This document shows, in pieces, positions 11,908-23,455 of a stretch of 64,000 bases of DNA. Where the stretch lies: NCBI GenBank assembly GCA_014905635.1, contig JABVCE010000041.1, forward strand, positions 124,001 to 188,000, given 5' to 3'. The notes beneath the pieces were generated by a model. That model ran no database searches. It saw only the letters and a list, made by a program, of their open reading frames with translations, and had not been told where the DNA came from. This DNA comes from Scenedesmus sp. PABB004. Its lineage: Eukaryota. The position numbers were made by a program, and so were the translations under genes. Every line of letters begins with the position of its first letter. Position 1 is the stretch's first letter.

Positions 11908-13425
11908 TCAGTTGGCGCGGCTCCACCAGCTCTTGTCATTGCACCAGCTCGGCGGCTTGACGGCCTTGGAGCTGCCAGGTGGGTAGTCTGACGCCTTGAA
12001 GCCGTCCACGCTGTACTGCGTGGCCCACGGGCGCACGAGCATGCCGAGCGGCTTAAACGGCCGCCCGTTGGCGCGGTTCCAGTCCTGGTTCTTCTGCCAC
12101 TGCTCCTTGGTGGTCTTGATCCTGCGCACCCGCCCGCGGCGGCGGCGCGGTGGTCAACGGCCGCGCCGCGGCGGGGTCCCTGGGCGCGGCTGGCGCGCGC
12201 CGCGCGGCGCCTCACATCCAGTGGCGGCTGTTGGTCACGGGCGGCCCCGGCAGCGTGTGGTCGAGGTCGGGCTGGGGCAGGCCGTCGGCCTGCGGCGCGG
12301 CGGCGCGCGGCACGCCGCCGCGTCAGCGCGCGCCTCGTGCGTGCCCCAACTGCTGCTTCCCGGTCCTCCTCCGTGCTGCCCTGCCGCCCTGCTCCCACCC
12401 GCCCTGCCCTCCTCTCGCCCCTGCCCGCCCCCGTGCCGCTCACCCAGCACTTAACGAAGTACATGTAGACCGGCGCGCGGGGGCGTGAGCCCTTGCCGTT
12501 GTACCAGAGGTACTTGCCCTTGTAGGGCTCGACCTTGACGTCCAGCGGCGTGGGGCAGTCCTTGGGGTCGCACACGTCGGTGACCTTCCACATCAGGTCG
12601 TGGCTGTGGTCCTCCGTCCAGATGGACAGGCACACGTCCTGCCGGGGCGCGGGCGGCCGCGCGGCGGCGTGAGCGCGCGTGTGCTTGGCGCGCGCAGGCG
12701 CACGCCGCGCCCCGCGGCGCACCTGGCGGCACCAGCGGTCGAGGCCAAACTCCTTGAACCAGTACGGGTGGATGGCTGCGGCGGCGGGCGCACCGCGCCG
12801 TGCCGCGCGTGAGGCCCCCGCGGCGGGGCCGCGCTGCGCGCGCCGTGGGCCGTGGGCGCGTGCGGTGCGCTGCGCCGCCGCACCCGCGTTGGCGGTCCAG
12901 TAGGCGTTGAAGCTGTAGCAGCACGCCACGGGCATGGGGGCCTTGTTGCGGTAGTACAGCGGCTGGTCGGGCAGGTCGTAGTAGCTGCGTCGGCGGGAAG
13001 GGTGTCGGGCAGGCGGTTGCGGGAAGGGTGTCGGGCAGGCGGTTGCGGCGGGTGACGCCGCGAGCAGCGCCGGTGCCGCGCCGCGCGCGCGGCGGCGGCC
13101 GCGCGGCGGGCGCGGAGCGCCACCGCCCGCGGCGCGCGTGGAACATGCAGCCAGCGAGCGGCCGGCGCCTGCGGCGCGCCGGTGGCGCCTGAGAGCGCGT
13201 CGGGCGCGGCGTGTGATGGGCGCACCTGAACTGGACCTTGAAGCGCTCGCCGAACGGGATGTCGCGCTGCTTCACCTCGTACCCGCGCTGACTGTTGACG
13301 CGGCGGAGGGAGTCCTCGTCGCGCGGCAGCCCGACGCGCAGGTTTGGGAGCTGCCCGAGCGCCCCTGGCACCCACGCCGCCGCCAGCAGCGCCAGGACCG
13401 CGGCCGGGCCCGCCAGCCGCGTCAT
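11908..13425 (-). CDS. Secreted Trp/Cys-rich protein, possibly double-psi beta-barrel (expansin/barwin/RlpA-like); about 6 exons
   Basis: Signal peptide MTRLAGPAAVLALLAAAWVPGALG. Coding exons give ...PVACCYSFNAYW..., DVCLSIW...WKVTDVCDPKDCPTPLDV (resembles the DPBB VTDxCxxC...D motif), ending ...WWSRAN*. Confidence 0.6.
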
Positions 13426-13766
13426 GGCGCCCCGCGCGCAGCCCCCGGGGCCCTGGCTGCGCCCGAGTGCGGGCTGTGCGACTGGGCTGCTGCGCGGCGC
13501 GGTCGTGCGGTGCGCGCGGAGGGGCGGGAGGAGCAGCGCGAGGTCTGGCGCGTCCACGGGCGTCGACGGGTGGCGACAGGGCCCGGGCGAGCGGCGACAG
13601 CCTGACAGCAGCGGCGGCGAACCCTGCGCTCCGGTGACGCTTCGCCGCCGGCCCCGCGGCTGAGCCACATCTCGCTGGCGCTGGCTTCTCGGGACCGACA
13701 CAGCAGACCACGGCGATTGGGCCGCCGCCCCCGACCTCCCCTCGCGGCTGGAGCGCGGCAGCAGCG

Positions 13767-14783
13767 ATGCGGCGGAGCCGGCCGTGTCGGCGGCTCTCGG
13801 TCGCGCTGTGCTTGTGCCTGGCGGTGGTGATGCAGTGCGCTGCCTACCCCGAACTCTTCGACTCGCTGTACAGCCTCCAGTGCTTCAAGCAGCCCGAGGG
13901 CGGCCGGCAGTATGGCTCGCACGGCGCGCCGGAGTGGAGCGCGTGCGTTGCTGCTGCTCTCCACGGGCCGGCCTCCAGGCTTCTGCGCCAGGCGGGGCAG
14001 CTGTCAAGCTGGGGCGGCAGCGGCCCAGGCGCCCGGCGCGGGCCGCGCGCGGCGGCAGCAGCGGTGCCGGCTGCCGACCAACCGCCCACAACCGCCGGCT
14101 GCCCGCCGCCGCCGACCCCGCTCCTCCGCGCGCGCAGAGCGGCGGCCAGCTTTGTGGTGGCGCCGGAGGCCTCCCCCAGCACTCCCGTCACGCGGGTCGT
14201 GGCGGGCGGTCGCTACGGCGTAACGGTCAGCTTTGCCAGCCCCCGGCACGCGCTGGTGTTCACGAGCGACGGCGCGCTGGCTACAGACCGGCCGCGCGCG
14301 GCGGCGGGGCGGCCTTGGTGCGCGCGCACCGCGAGGCCGCCGCGCGGGCGTGCCAGCCGCGCAGCGCGCACGCTGCTGACCCTGCACCGCCCCGCGGCGA
14401 CCGCGGCCGCACCAGCCCCAACCGCCTGGCGTTTGGCCCCGCTGGCGGCTTTGCACCGAGCCGGACGTTCCGTTTCACACTAGAGGTGCCGCAGACGGGT
14501 GCGGCGCCGCCCCGCCGCCCGTACGGGCGGCTCGCCCTCGCTGCACACACCTCGCTGCCTGGCGGGCAGGCCGACCGCCGCCGCCGCCGCAGTGCCCTGG
14601 AGCGGCATCGTGGACCTCACGGCGGTGTCGGCCACGAGCGAGGTCGGCACGCTGAGCGTCGGCCGGCTCTCCCTGCCCGTGGACGCAGCTGGCAGTGGGT
14701 GGTCCCCGTCGCCGCCGCCGCCGCCGGCGCTGTCGTCCCCGCCGCCGCCGGCGCCGCTGACATCGCCGCCGGCGCCGTCATCC

Positions 14784-14814
<31 letters not shown>

Positions 14815-14954
14815 TGCCGCCGATGGGCTCGCCGGGCAGCCCCCCGCCCGGCAGCAGCGCGGCGCCCCGGGCCGCCGGCGCCGGGCGCGGCGGCTTGGGG
14901 GGCCTGCCGCTGCCGCCGTGGCTCAGCAGAGGCGTGCTGCCGCGGGGGATGTAA
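13767..14954 (+). CDS. Secreted protein of unknown function with Ser/Pro-rich (HRGP-like) tail; multi-exon
   Basis: Signal peptide ...LSVALCLCLAVVMQCAA/YP, beta-rich exons (GRYGVTVSF, TFRFTLEVP, IVDLTAVSAT), then SPPPPP blocks; TAA ends at 14954. Divergent from the previous gene across about 340 bp. Confidence 0.6.
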
Positions 14955-15038
14955 CCGCTGCTTACCGCGCAGACTGCCAGCGCACGTGGCCGCGCCGCCA
15001 GCGCACCAAGGCCCCCGCCGCGCTCACAGCAGCCGCCC

Positions 15039-18000
15039 TCACTTCTCCGTCAGCTCCCGCACGCCGCGCCAGTCGTGCGGCGCCGCGTAGCCGTGGGCAG
15101 CCATGACCGCCAGCAGCGTCACGCTGGGCCCGTCCTCCACGCGCGCGCCGGCCGCGTCGGTGCGCGCCGCGGCGCACACCTCGAGCGCGACGCGGGCGGC
15201 CGGCCAGTCGCCCGCCAGGTACAGCTGCGCGGCCGCGGCAGCGGTGCCGGCGGCGGCGGCGGTCAGCACGCCGGCGCCGCTTGCGGCTGCAGCCCGCCCC
15301 CGTGCACCGCGTGACAGCCGCACCGCAAAGGCCGCGTCAAAGGCCTCCTTGAAGGCCCAGGTCAGGCCCCAGCTGCCCGCGACCACCGGGTTGTCCTCCC
15401 AGTCGTCCTCGCATTCCAGCGCCAGCAGCGCCTCAGCCGCGTCGACGCCGCCCGCGTCGCCCTCCAGCTGCCCCGCGGCCGCCACCACGCTGCTGCGCGC
15501 CGCGCCCGCGTCGCCGGGCAGCACGGAGAGGCTGCGCCGCGCCCCGGGCTGCAGCGCGCCGTCGGCGCCGCGCGCCGCCGCGCCTGGCGGCGCCGGCGCG
15601 CTGCGGCTCGCCGCGAGGCGCCGCGCCGCCGCTGCCGCTGCGGGCAGGTCCAGGTCGTACGTGAACAGGCCCAGCGCCTGGCTGCTGCCCTTGACCGTCA
15701 CGCAGTCGACCTGCCGCACCTGCGCGACACAGCGGTCCGACGCGGCGGTGGCGGGCGTGGGACGCAGCGCGCGGCGCACGGTGGCGCGCGGCGGCCGAGC
15801 CGGGCAGCGGGGCGGGGGCTGGCCGGACCTTGGCGCGCACGGCGGGGGAGAGGCAGTCCACAAAGTCCCGGCTGAGCAGCAGCGGCACGCCAAACTGCTT
15901 CGTCGCGGCCTCGAGGCGCGCCGCGAGGTTGACGTTGGGCGACAGGTAGCTGGCGTCGATCTTGTACTCCGAGCCTGGTGTTTGTGTGTGTGTGTGTGGG
16001 GGGGGGGGGGTCCGCGTGCGAGTGAGGGTGGTGACAGGGGAGGGCAACGGACAGGCCCGCCGGCGGCGGCGGCGGCGGCGGCGCGGGCCGGCACCGATGG
16101 CGCCCTCGATCGCCCAGCCGACGTGGAGGCCGAAGCCCATCTGCACGCTGAACCCCGGCATGCGCGCGTTGAGGTCCGGCCGCGCCGCGTAGCGCGCGAG
16201 CGGCGCCGACACGCGGATGGCGACCTGGCGCGGCGCGCACGGCGCGACGGCGCGGCTGAGCGCGCGCGAGGCCACCGCCCGGGCGCGGCGCCCGCCGGCG
16301 CGGCGCGCTGCGCCACGTGCTGCACGCCGCGCACCTGGACAACGACAAAGGCTGCGAGTGCGTTGTCAGCGATGGTGTGTATGATGGCCGCCTTGGCGGC
16401 GCCGCTGAGCGGCATCGACCGCACGCTGCGCAGGCCCATCACCGCGCGCCGCAGGCCCGGCGAGCTCGCGCGGCCGGGGCTTGCGCTGCCGCCGGCGTGG
16501 CCCCCGCCGCCGCCGCCCGCGCCGCCGTCCGCCGACGCGCCGCCGCCCAGCAGCGACAGCCCGCCACCGCTGCCCGCGCGCGCGCGCGGCGGGGGCGGGC
16601 CCAGCATGCCGCTCGCGGCGCGCTGGAGCGTGAGCTGCTGCTGCAGCACGCTGCTGAGCTCCTCAGCGGCGCTGCCCGCCGGGGAGCCAGGGCCGCCGGG
16701 GGCGCCGCCGGCCAGGCTGGACAGCCGCGCCGGCGACGCGGCCTGGCTGCCGTCGGCGCTCGGCAGCGACGAGCCGCCGGCGCTGCCCGGCAGGCTCGTG
16801 CCGGCGCGGCCGGGCTCATCGCCCTCGTCGCTGGCGTCGGCGTCGGCCAGGCCCGGCCAGTGCAGCGTCGTCGTGCGCTGCGGGCGGCCGGGGCAGGCGT
16901 GAGGCGCGCAGCGGCACAGCTGCGCGCGCTGCGGGCGGGCCCGGCCCCGGCCGGCAGCGCTCACCAGCCGGCTGCCCGCTCCCGCGCCGCTGCCGCGGCT
17001 CGGCGCGCCGCCGCCGCCGCTGCTGAGCGCGCTGACGTCCCGGTCGTCCAGGCCCTTGGGCAGCTTCCACACCTGGCCCGGCGGCGCGGCGCAGCGGCGG
17101 TCACGCGCGTGCGCGCGCGGCACGGGCAGTGCCGGTCCGCGCACGGGTGCGCCGGCGGCGGGCGGGCCGGGCGCGCCCCGCGTCACTGTCCCCCCAACCC
17201 CCCGTCACCAGCAGGAAGGCGTCGCCGATGTTCTTGTTGGCCGCGCCGCCGCGCGCCGCGACCGCGCCGTGCACGAGGTGCGCGAGCGTGTTGACAAACT
17301 CCATCACGCCCTCCTGCAGCACCTCGGTCGTGTCAGTGAAGCGACGGATGTCGCAGAACCCAAACACAGCAACCTAAAGCCGCGTGCGTGTGTGGGTGTG
17401 GGTGTGTGTGCGCGCGCGGGCGGGTGACCGTCGGCGCCCGCCGACGGCAGGCGCATGCGGTGCAGCGGGCGCGGGCGGGCACAGGCGGCGGGCGCGGCGG
17501 CGCGCGTCGCGACATCGCGCACCGTCTTTTTGCCCGGCACGATGGGGTTGAGGTCGCCCTCCTTGCGTATGTTTTCGGCAATCACCTCCGCGCCGGCGTC
17601 GCCAAAGCCGACCGCGAGCAGGGCGCAGATCTTGTAGATGCTCTGCTCAAGCAGCCGCGTCTCGTAGTGCCCCTGACCACCGCACTCGGCCTCGCCGCCA
17701 GCGGCGCCGGCCGCGCCGCCGCCGCCGCCGAGCGCCGCGCGCACGGCCGAGGCGCGCGCGAGCAGCTGGCGGCCGAGGTGCGCGGCCGCCGCGCCCGCGG
17801 CGCTCATGCCCGCCACGGCGCCCACCGACAGCCGCTTCGCGCGCGCCACCAGCGCCACCGCGCCCGCGCTGCGCCGCGCCGCCGCGCCGGCGTGCAGCTG
17901 CGGCCCCGCCGCCTCCGCGCTGGGCGCGCCGTCGCCGCCGCCGCGCCAGGCGGCGTGCGGCGCATCGTCCTCGGCGCCGCCCGCCACCGCATGCACCTGC

Positions 18001-20724
18001 ACCGCCGGCCAGAGGCGCAGCTTGCTCAGCTGGCTGGGCCGCGCGGCGCCGCCCGCCGTGCCCGCAGACCAGGAGCCGTGGCTCGCCTCCGCGCCGCCAC
18101 TCCGCTCGGCCGCCGCGCTCGCGCGCGCGCCGAGCGCGTGCGCGCCGCCACCGCCCGCGCCCTCGCCGCCCGCTAGGCTGTGCTGCGGCGGCGGCGGCGG
18201 GTGCCGCGCCGCGGCCTGCATGAGCGGGTCATCTGCCATCTCGCGCACGCGCTCGACCATGCGCTGCACGGGCTGCAGCACCAGGCGGAACGTGTCGGCG
18301 TGGATGAGCATCGCGCCCGCGCCCAGCAGGGCGGCCAGGAAGAGCGTGCGCGCGATGCCGTACACCGACTGCGGCGCGGCGGCGCGCGGCGGCGCGCAGC
18401 GGTGAGGGGCGCTGCTGCTCCCCCCGCCCCGTGCCCCCCTCCGCCCTGGCCGCCGGCGTCCTGGGGGCCCACCTGCGCGCGCAGCGCCCATTTGACGTCC
18501 AGCAGCACGAAGCTGTGCAGCGGCGCGCAGCCCGCCGCGATGAGCGCCCCGGGCCGCCACCCGCCGCGCCGCTAGGTGGCGCCGGGCCGAGCTCGCCCGC
18601 GGCCAGGGCGGCAGCTGCCGCGGCGGTGTCGAGGTGCCGCGGACCGCCGCCGGCGCGCGGCGCGCACAGCCAGCTGGTGTGGGCGGCGGCCTGCAGCTCC
18701 AGGTAGCGGCGCTGGCGCTGGTGCGACGGCACGGCGCTGCCCGGCGACACCTCGTCGCCGATGGCGCTGCGGACGTACGTCGTGTTGGCCACCACCAGCG
18801 CCAGCACCCGGCCCGTCGCCTGCCCCGCCAGCTCGTACTGCAGCGACCCGCGGAACGCCTGCGGCACGCGGCGCACGGCGACACGGTGCGGGGCTCAGCT
18901 TGGGTCGCCCGCGCGGCGCAGGGCGCGAGCGCCAGCCGCCGTAGCGCGGCGGCTCCAGCGCGCGTGCGCGCGCGCGCCTCGAGGCTGCTCGCAAAGGCGG
19001 TGCTGTTGGCGCCCGCCGCGAGCGCGGTGCCGTGCAGCATGGCGAGGCCGCCGAGCGCGAGGGGCGTGGCGCCGCCGTTGATGCCGCTCGTGATCTCCAG
19101 CGCCGGCAGCACCACCAGCATGGCCAGCACGCCGGTGATGACGCGCTTCATGGTCAGGTCTGCGCCCCCAGGCGCACGGCATGCGGCGCGTGCTTGTGTG
19201 TCACGCCCAGCGGCGCCGCGCGGCGCGCGGCGCTGCGGCGTGGGCCGGCAGCCCCGCCGGCCCCTGAGCCGCGCCCGCGCGGCGGCCGCGCACCCGACAG
19301 CGCCTGGCCCACGCGCGTGTGGGTGCTGCCGTAGGGCACCAGCACGCGGGCCTCGGCCGCGGCCGGCCCCTCGCCCGGCGCGCCGCCGCCCTCCTCGGCC
19401 GCGAGCGCGGCGCGCAGGCGCTGCCGCGCCTCGAGCTGCCGGAAGAGCTTGATGAGCTGCAGCTGCCGGAACAGGCGCACCATCTGCCCGGCGTCGCGCG
19501 CGCGCGGCCGGCCGCGTGAGCGCAGAGCACCCGCGCGGCACGGGCGCGGCACGGCGCGGGCGCGGGCGCGGCGCCCCCGCCGCGCCGCGGGCGTCCGCGC
19601 CCCACCTTGGCGGCGCGGCCGGCCTTGCTGCTGATGAGCGCCTGCGCGCCCGCGGCCACGAGGTAGCTGTCCGAGTCGGAGAGGTCAACGTACTCCTGCG
19701 CGCGCGCGCGTGTGCAGGGAGGAGGGGAGGGGGTTTCGGCCCGCTGCAGCCAGGGGCGGGGGGGGGGGGGGGGCCGCCGTGCGCGGGGCCGCTGCGGCCG
19801 GCGCGCGGGGGCGCCGCCGGCGCGGCGCGCGCGCGCGCGCGCCTGCGTCGCGCCGAGCAGCAGCGCGGCGCGCAGCGCGGGCAGCTCGAACGCGAGCGAC
19901 GCGACCGCTATGGTGTCGAGCAGGAAGTAGAAGGACGGGAAGAACCCGGGGCGCACGAGGCACGACAGGCCTGCGCGCGGCGGACAGGGCGCGTGGCCGC
20001 GCCCGGCGGCGCACGCGGTCGCGCGCGGTCGCGCGTGGCCGCGCGCGGCGTGGCGCGTGGCGCGGCGCGGCGCGCCCCGGCCGGCGCCCCGCTGCGCGGG
20101 CGCACCGATCTCGAGCGCGAAGACGAGCAGCAGCGCGAGCGTGACCGCCTCGCAGCCGAGGTCGGCGGACGGCGGCAGCAGGGCGTACTTGGCGTCCTCC
20201 TGGAAGATCACAAACAGCGTCATGCCCACCAGCGCCCACGTCGTGCCGGGCGCGTCCAGCGCGCGCAGCAGCGCCACGCGGCGCGCCGCCCAGCCGCGCC
20301 GCGCGGCCGGTGGCGGCGGCGGAGGTGGCTGATGTGGCGGCGGATGCGGCGGTGCTGCGTCCTCGCAGGTGGCGGTGGGCGGCGCGGGGCTGCAGCAGGG
20401 GCTGTGCTGCTCCGGCTCTGGCCGCTCCGCGCTGAAGCTGACGGCAGCCACGCGCGCTGGCGCGCGCAGCAGCAGGTGGTCCAGCGGCTGGGCCGCCGGG
20501 GCCGCCGACCACGGCTGCTGCTCCTGCTCCTGCTGCGGCAGCGGCAGCTCCTGCCGCTGTCGCTGCCGCGGGGCGGCCGCGACGACCCCGGCAGCGCTCG
20601 GCTCGCGCGCCTGGCTGCCCTCGGCGCTGCTCCGCAGCGCGCCGCCCGGCAGCGGCGCCAGCTTGGCGTGGCTGGTCGGGGTGCTGCGGAGCAGCTCCGA
20701 CACGCTGGGCCTGGTGCGCTGCAT
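15039..20724 (-). CDS. Class III adenylate cyclase with N-terminal ion-transport (voltage-sensor-like) domain; many exons
   Basis: TM segments (FVIFQEDAK, FFPSFYFLLDTIAVASL) and an Arg/Lys-periodic helix (KAGRAAK|MVRLFRQLQLIKLFR). Cyclase motifs FGFCDIRRFTD, ANKNIGDAFLL, GFGLHVGWAIEGAIGSEYKIDASYLSPNVNLAARLE. C-terminus YLAGDW...DGPS...DWRGVRELTEK. Confidence 0.9.
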
Positions 20725-21142
20725 CGCAGGCGGCGTTCTGCCCGCCGCGCGCGGCGCCGCTGCTCGCGCGCCGGCTGCGCTCGCGGCCGAGCTCTCTGCT
20801 GACAAGCCCTCGCGACGGCGCGCAGCTCGTTGCAGCGATCCGGCAGCCAGGAGCGCGCCCTGGCCTCACCTCTGGTGCGCGGGCGGCGGCCGCGCGAAAA
20901 CGCAGCCGCTGCTGCACCGCCCCGGAGCCATGCTGTCGCTGCGGGCTCGTCCACCTGCGCGTGCGCACGCACGGCCTGATCGGCGTGCCGGGGGAGGCCT
21001 GATCAGGCTTCGGGGGCGGCCGATCGGCGCCGGCTGGGCGGCGGGCTGCTTCGCGGGCTGCCGCGCGGGCTGCTGCCGGGCGCCAGGAACGAGCTGAGAG
21101 AGCGATGATCAGGCTCCGTGGCGCGGTTGCGGAGATTCTCCC

Positions 21143-21822
21143 GCAGGGCCGCCTGCGCGGCAGCGTCGCATTGACCGCCCGGCTCCGACTTTGACCGGGT
21201 CACGGGGCGACCGGCCAGCGCTGCGCTGCCGCCCGCAGCCACGCCGTTCGTTACTCTGCCGCCGCTGCGGCGGCCGCCGCCGCTGCGTCAGCCCCGCCCG
21301 CCGCCGCTGCCGCCGCCGCTGCGTCAGCCCCGCCCGCCGCCGCTGCCGCCGCCGCTGCCGCCGCCGCTGCCGCCGCTGCCGCCGCCGCCGCCGCCGCCGC
21401 CGCTGCCGCCGCCGCCGCCTGCGGCCGTGACGGGCTTGTACTTGTGCGACGTGGTGCGGTTGAGCAGCTGCTTGACCTGGTTCTGGTGCAGGCAGGCCAG
21501 GAACTCGGTGAGGGTGAGCGTCTTGCCGCTGTTCAGGTCGCTCGTGCCAAACACCTCCTCCAGCTTGGCGTCCAGCTCCGCCCGCCCGTAGCGCAGGTAC
21601 ATGATGCGCAGCGCCTCCTCCAGGCTGATCGCGCCCGCGCCGGCGCGGTTGTGCATCACAAACTCGACCACGTTGAACAGGCCCCGCGGCTCGGTGCCTG
21701 ACGGCGGCCGCGCGGCACGGTGCAGGCGGCGGGGCGGCGGCGGCAGCAGTCGCACGGCGCGGCGATGCGGCGGGGGCGTCGACGTGACGTCGCGCAACGC
21801 AGCAGCCGTGCGGCCGCTCCAG

Positions 21823-21853
<31 letters not shown>

Positions 21854-22264
21854 CAGCACGGCGCGCACCCGCGCTGTCCTGGCGGCAGCGGTGGTAGAGG
21901 CGCTGGAACTCTGCCCAGCTGATGCAGCCGTCGCAGTCCTCGTCAACCTCCCAGATCAGGTCGTCAACCTCGCCGCGCTTGGGCTTGTGCCCCAGCGAGC
22001 TGAACACCTGGGCGCACGCGCGGCGGCGACACATCGACGCTCTCGCGCGCTACGCGCACGGTGCTGCGGGCAGCGCGCCGGTGCCGCCGCCGCCACGCGG
22101 CCCTCTTCACAGCGCCCGCACCGCGTGCAGCTCCTCCGGGTCCAGCTGGCCGTCGGCCTTGGTGTCCAGCGCGGTGAACGCGCGGCGCAAGTCCTCCGCC
22201 TCGTTCTTGCGCGCGTCCGCGGCGGCGCTCGCGCGCTGCCGCGGACGCCATGGCACCCCACGCC
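21143..22264. repeat. Direct segmental duplicate (about 1.1 kb), copy 1; partner about 33243-34356
   Basis: Exons and 3' flank are almost identical between copies; introns differ by several indels. Confidence 0.92.
21324..22251 (-). pseudogene. Frameshifted copy of the EF-hand gene at 33424-34343
   Basis: Near-identical to the other copy, but ccgcggcg (22217-22224) replaces a single base, a net +7 nt. The ATG at 22251 then reads MASAAARERRRGRAQ, out of frame with the EF-hands. Confidence 0.65.
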
Positions 22265-23455
22265 ATGGCAGGGCCAGTTCCGGGCGCCACGGAGCCACTG
22301 GCCAGCTGCGCGGGCCGTCAGGCGGTCCTGCGTGCGCTGCATGGTCGATGAGCGCGTGCTGCGCGCGCAGCAGCGGCGCGGGGAGTGACCGTGCGGAGAA
22401 CGCCCGAAAAGCAGGTGGAACGCGTGGAGTGGTGCTGTCGGCAGCCGCGGCAGCGGGCGGCCTCTTGAGAGCCGGCGGCGGGCGGGCTGCCCGCGCGGCG
22501 CAGCTGCGTCCAGCGAGCGGCCAGCCGCCGGTGGGCGCCCCGGGTGAGGCGGCCAGCGCCCTTCGTGCTGCACCAGGGCGTCATGCGAGCCAGGAGCAAG
22601 GTATTACGCAGCACGCGTCGCTTCCCAGCCGCTTTGAGCGGGTGCACCGGCGTCCATCAGCCGGCGCGCCGCGCCGGCGCCGCCTGCAGGCGCTTCGCAT
22701 GGCCGAGGCGGCACCGGATTGCGCATCTCCAGGCTCAACGTAGCCTATTGGTGCCCCCTAACGGCCATTACGCGCCGTGGTCGTCAGGTCGTCGCGCAAC
22801 TTTTGATCGTCCTCACGCGTGACGGGGTCGTCCCAAGGCCGCACGCCCGCTAAAAGCGGCCCTCCTGGTGCCCTCCGGCTCACTCGCGCGCCAACACGGT
22901 CCCCAGCCCCGCCCGCGGCCGAGCAGCCGCCCGTAGCTGCAGCCGCCCCTCGCGCCCGCGGCGCCGTTCGTCGCGTGGGCCCCTCGGTCAGCTCACGCAC
23001 CTGCTTTTGAGCAGTTGGGCGCAGGCCCGGTGCGTGCAGCGGCCCCCCGCGCGCGCGCGCGCGCGCGCGTCACCGTCGCCCGGGCCGGGCGCGCTCGGGC
23101 GCCCGGCCTCTTGCCGGCGCGCCGCAGCGCGCGGCGCCCGCGCCCCGCGTGCTTGGGAGGCAATGGCGTAGCCGCCCGCGCGCTGCCGCATCGCGCTGCA
23201 CGGCGATCGCCGAGCGGCCGTGGGCGCATCCATCGTCGATGCGCCCGTTCTGCCGGCTCCTCCGTGCGGCAGCGCCCGCCCGCCGTCCAGCGGCTGGCGC
23301 GCCATGGTAGCACCCACCTTGCGGACTCGCGTCGCGCCGCTGCGGGTGTCACCCGGCGGCGGCGACCACCCAACGCCGCCCCCGACCACCCAACGCCGCC
23401 CCCGACCACCCAACGCCGCCCCGCCCCGCCGCCGCCGCGCCGCACAGGGAGCGGC

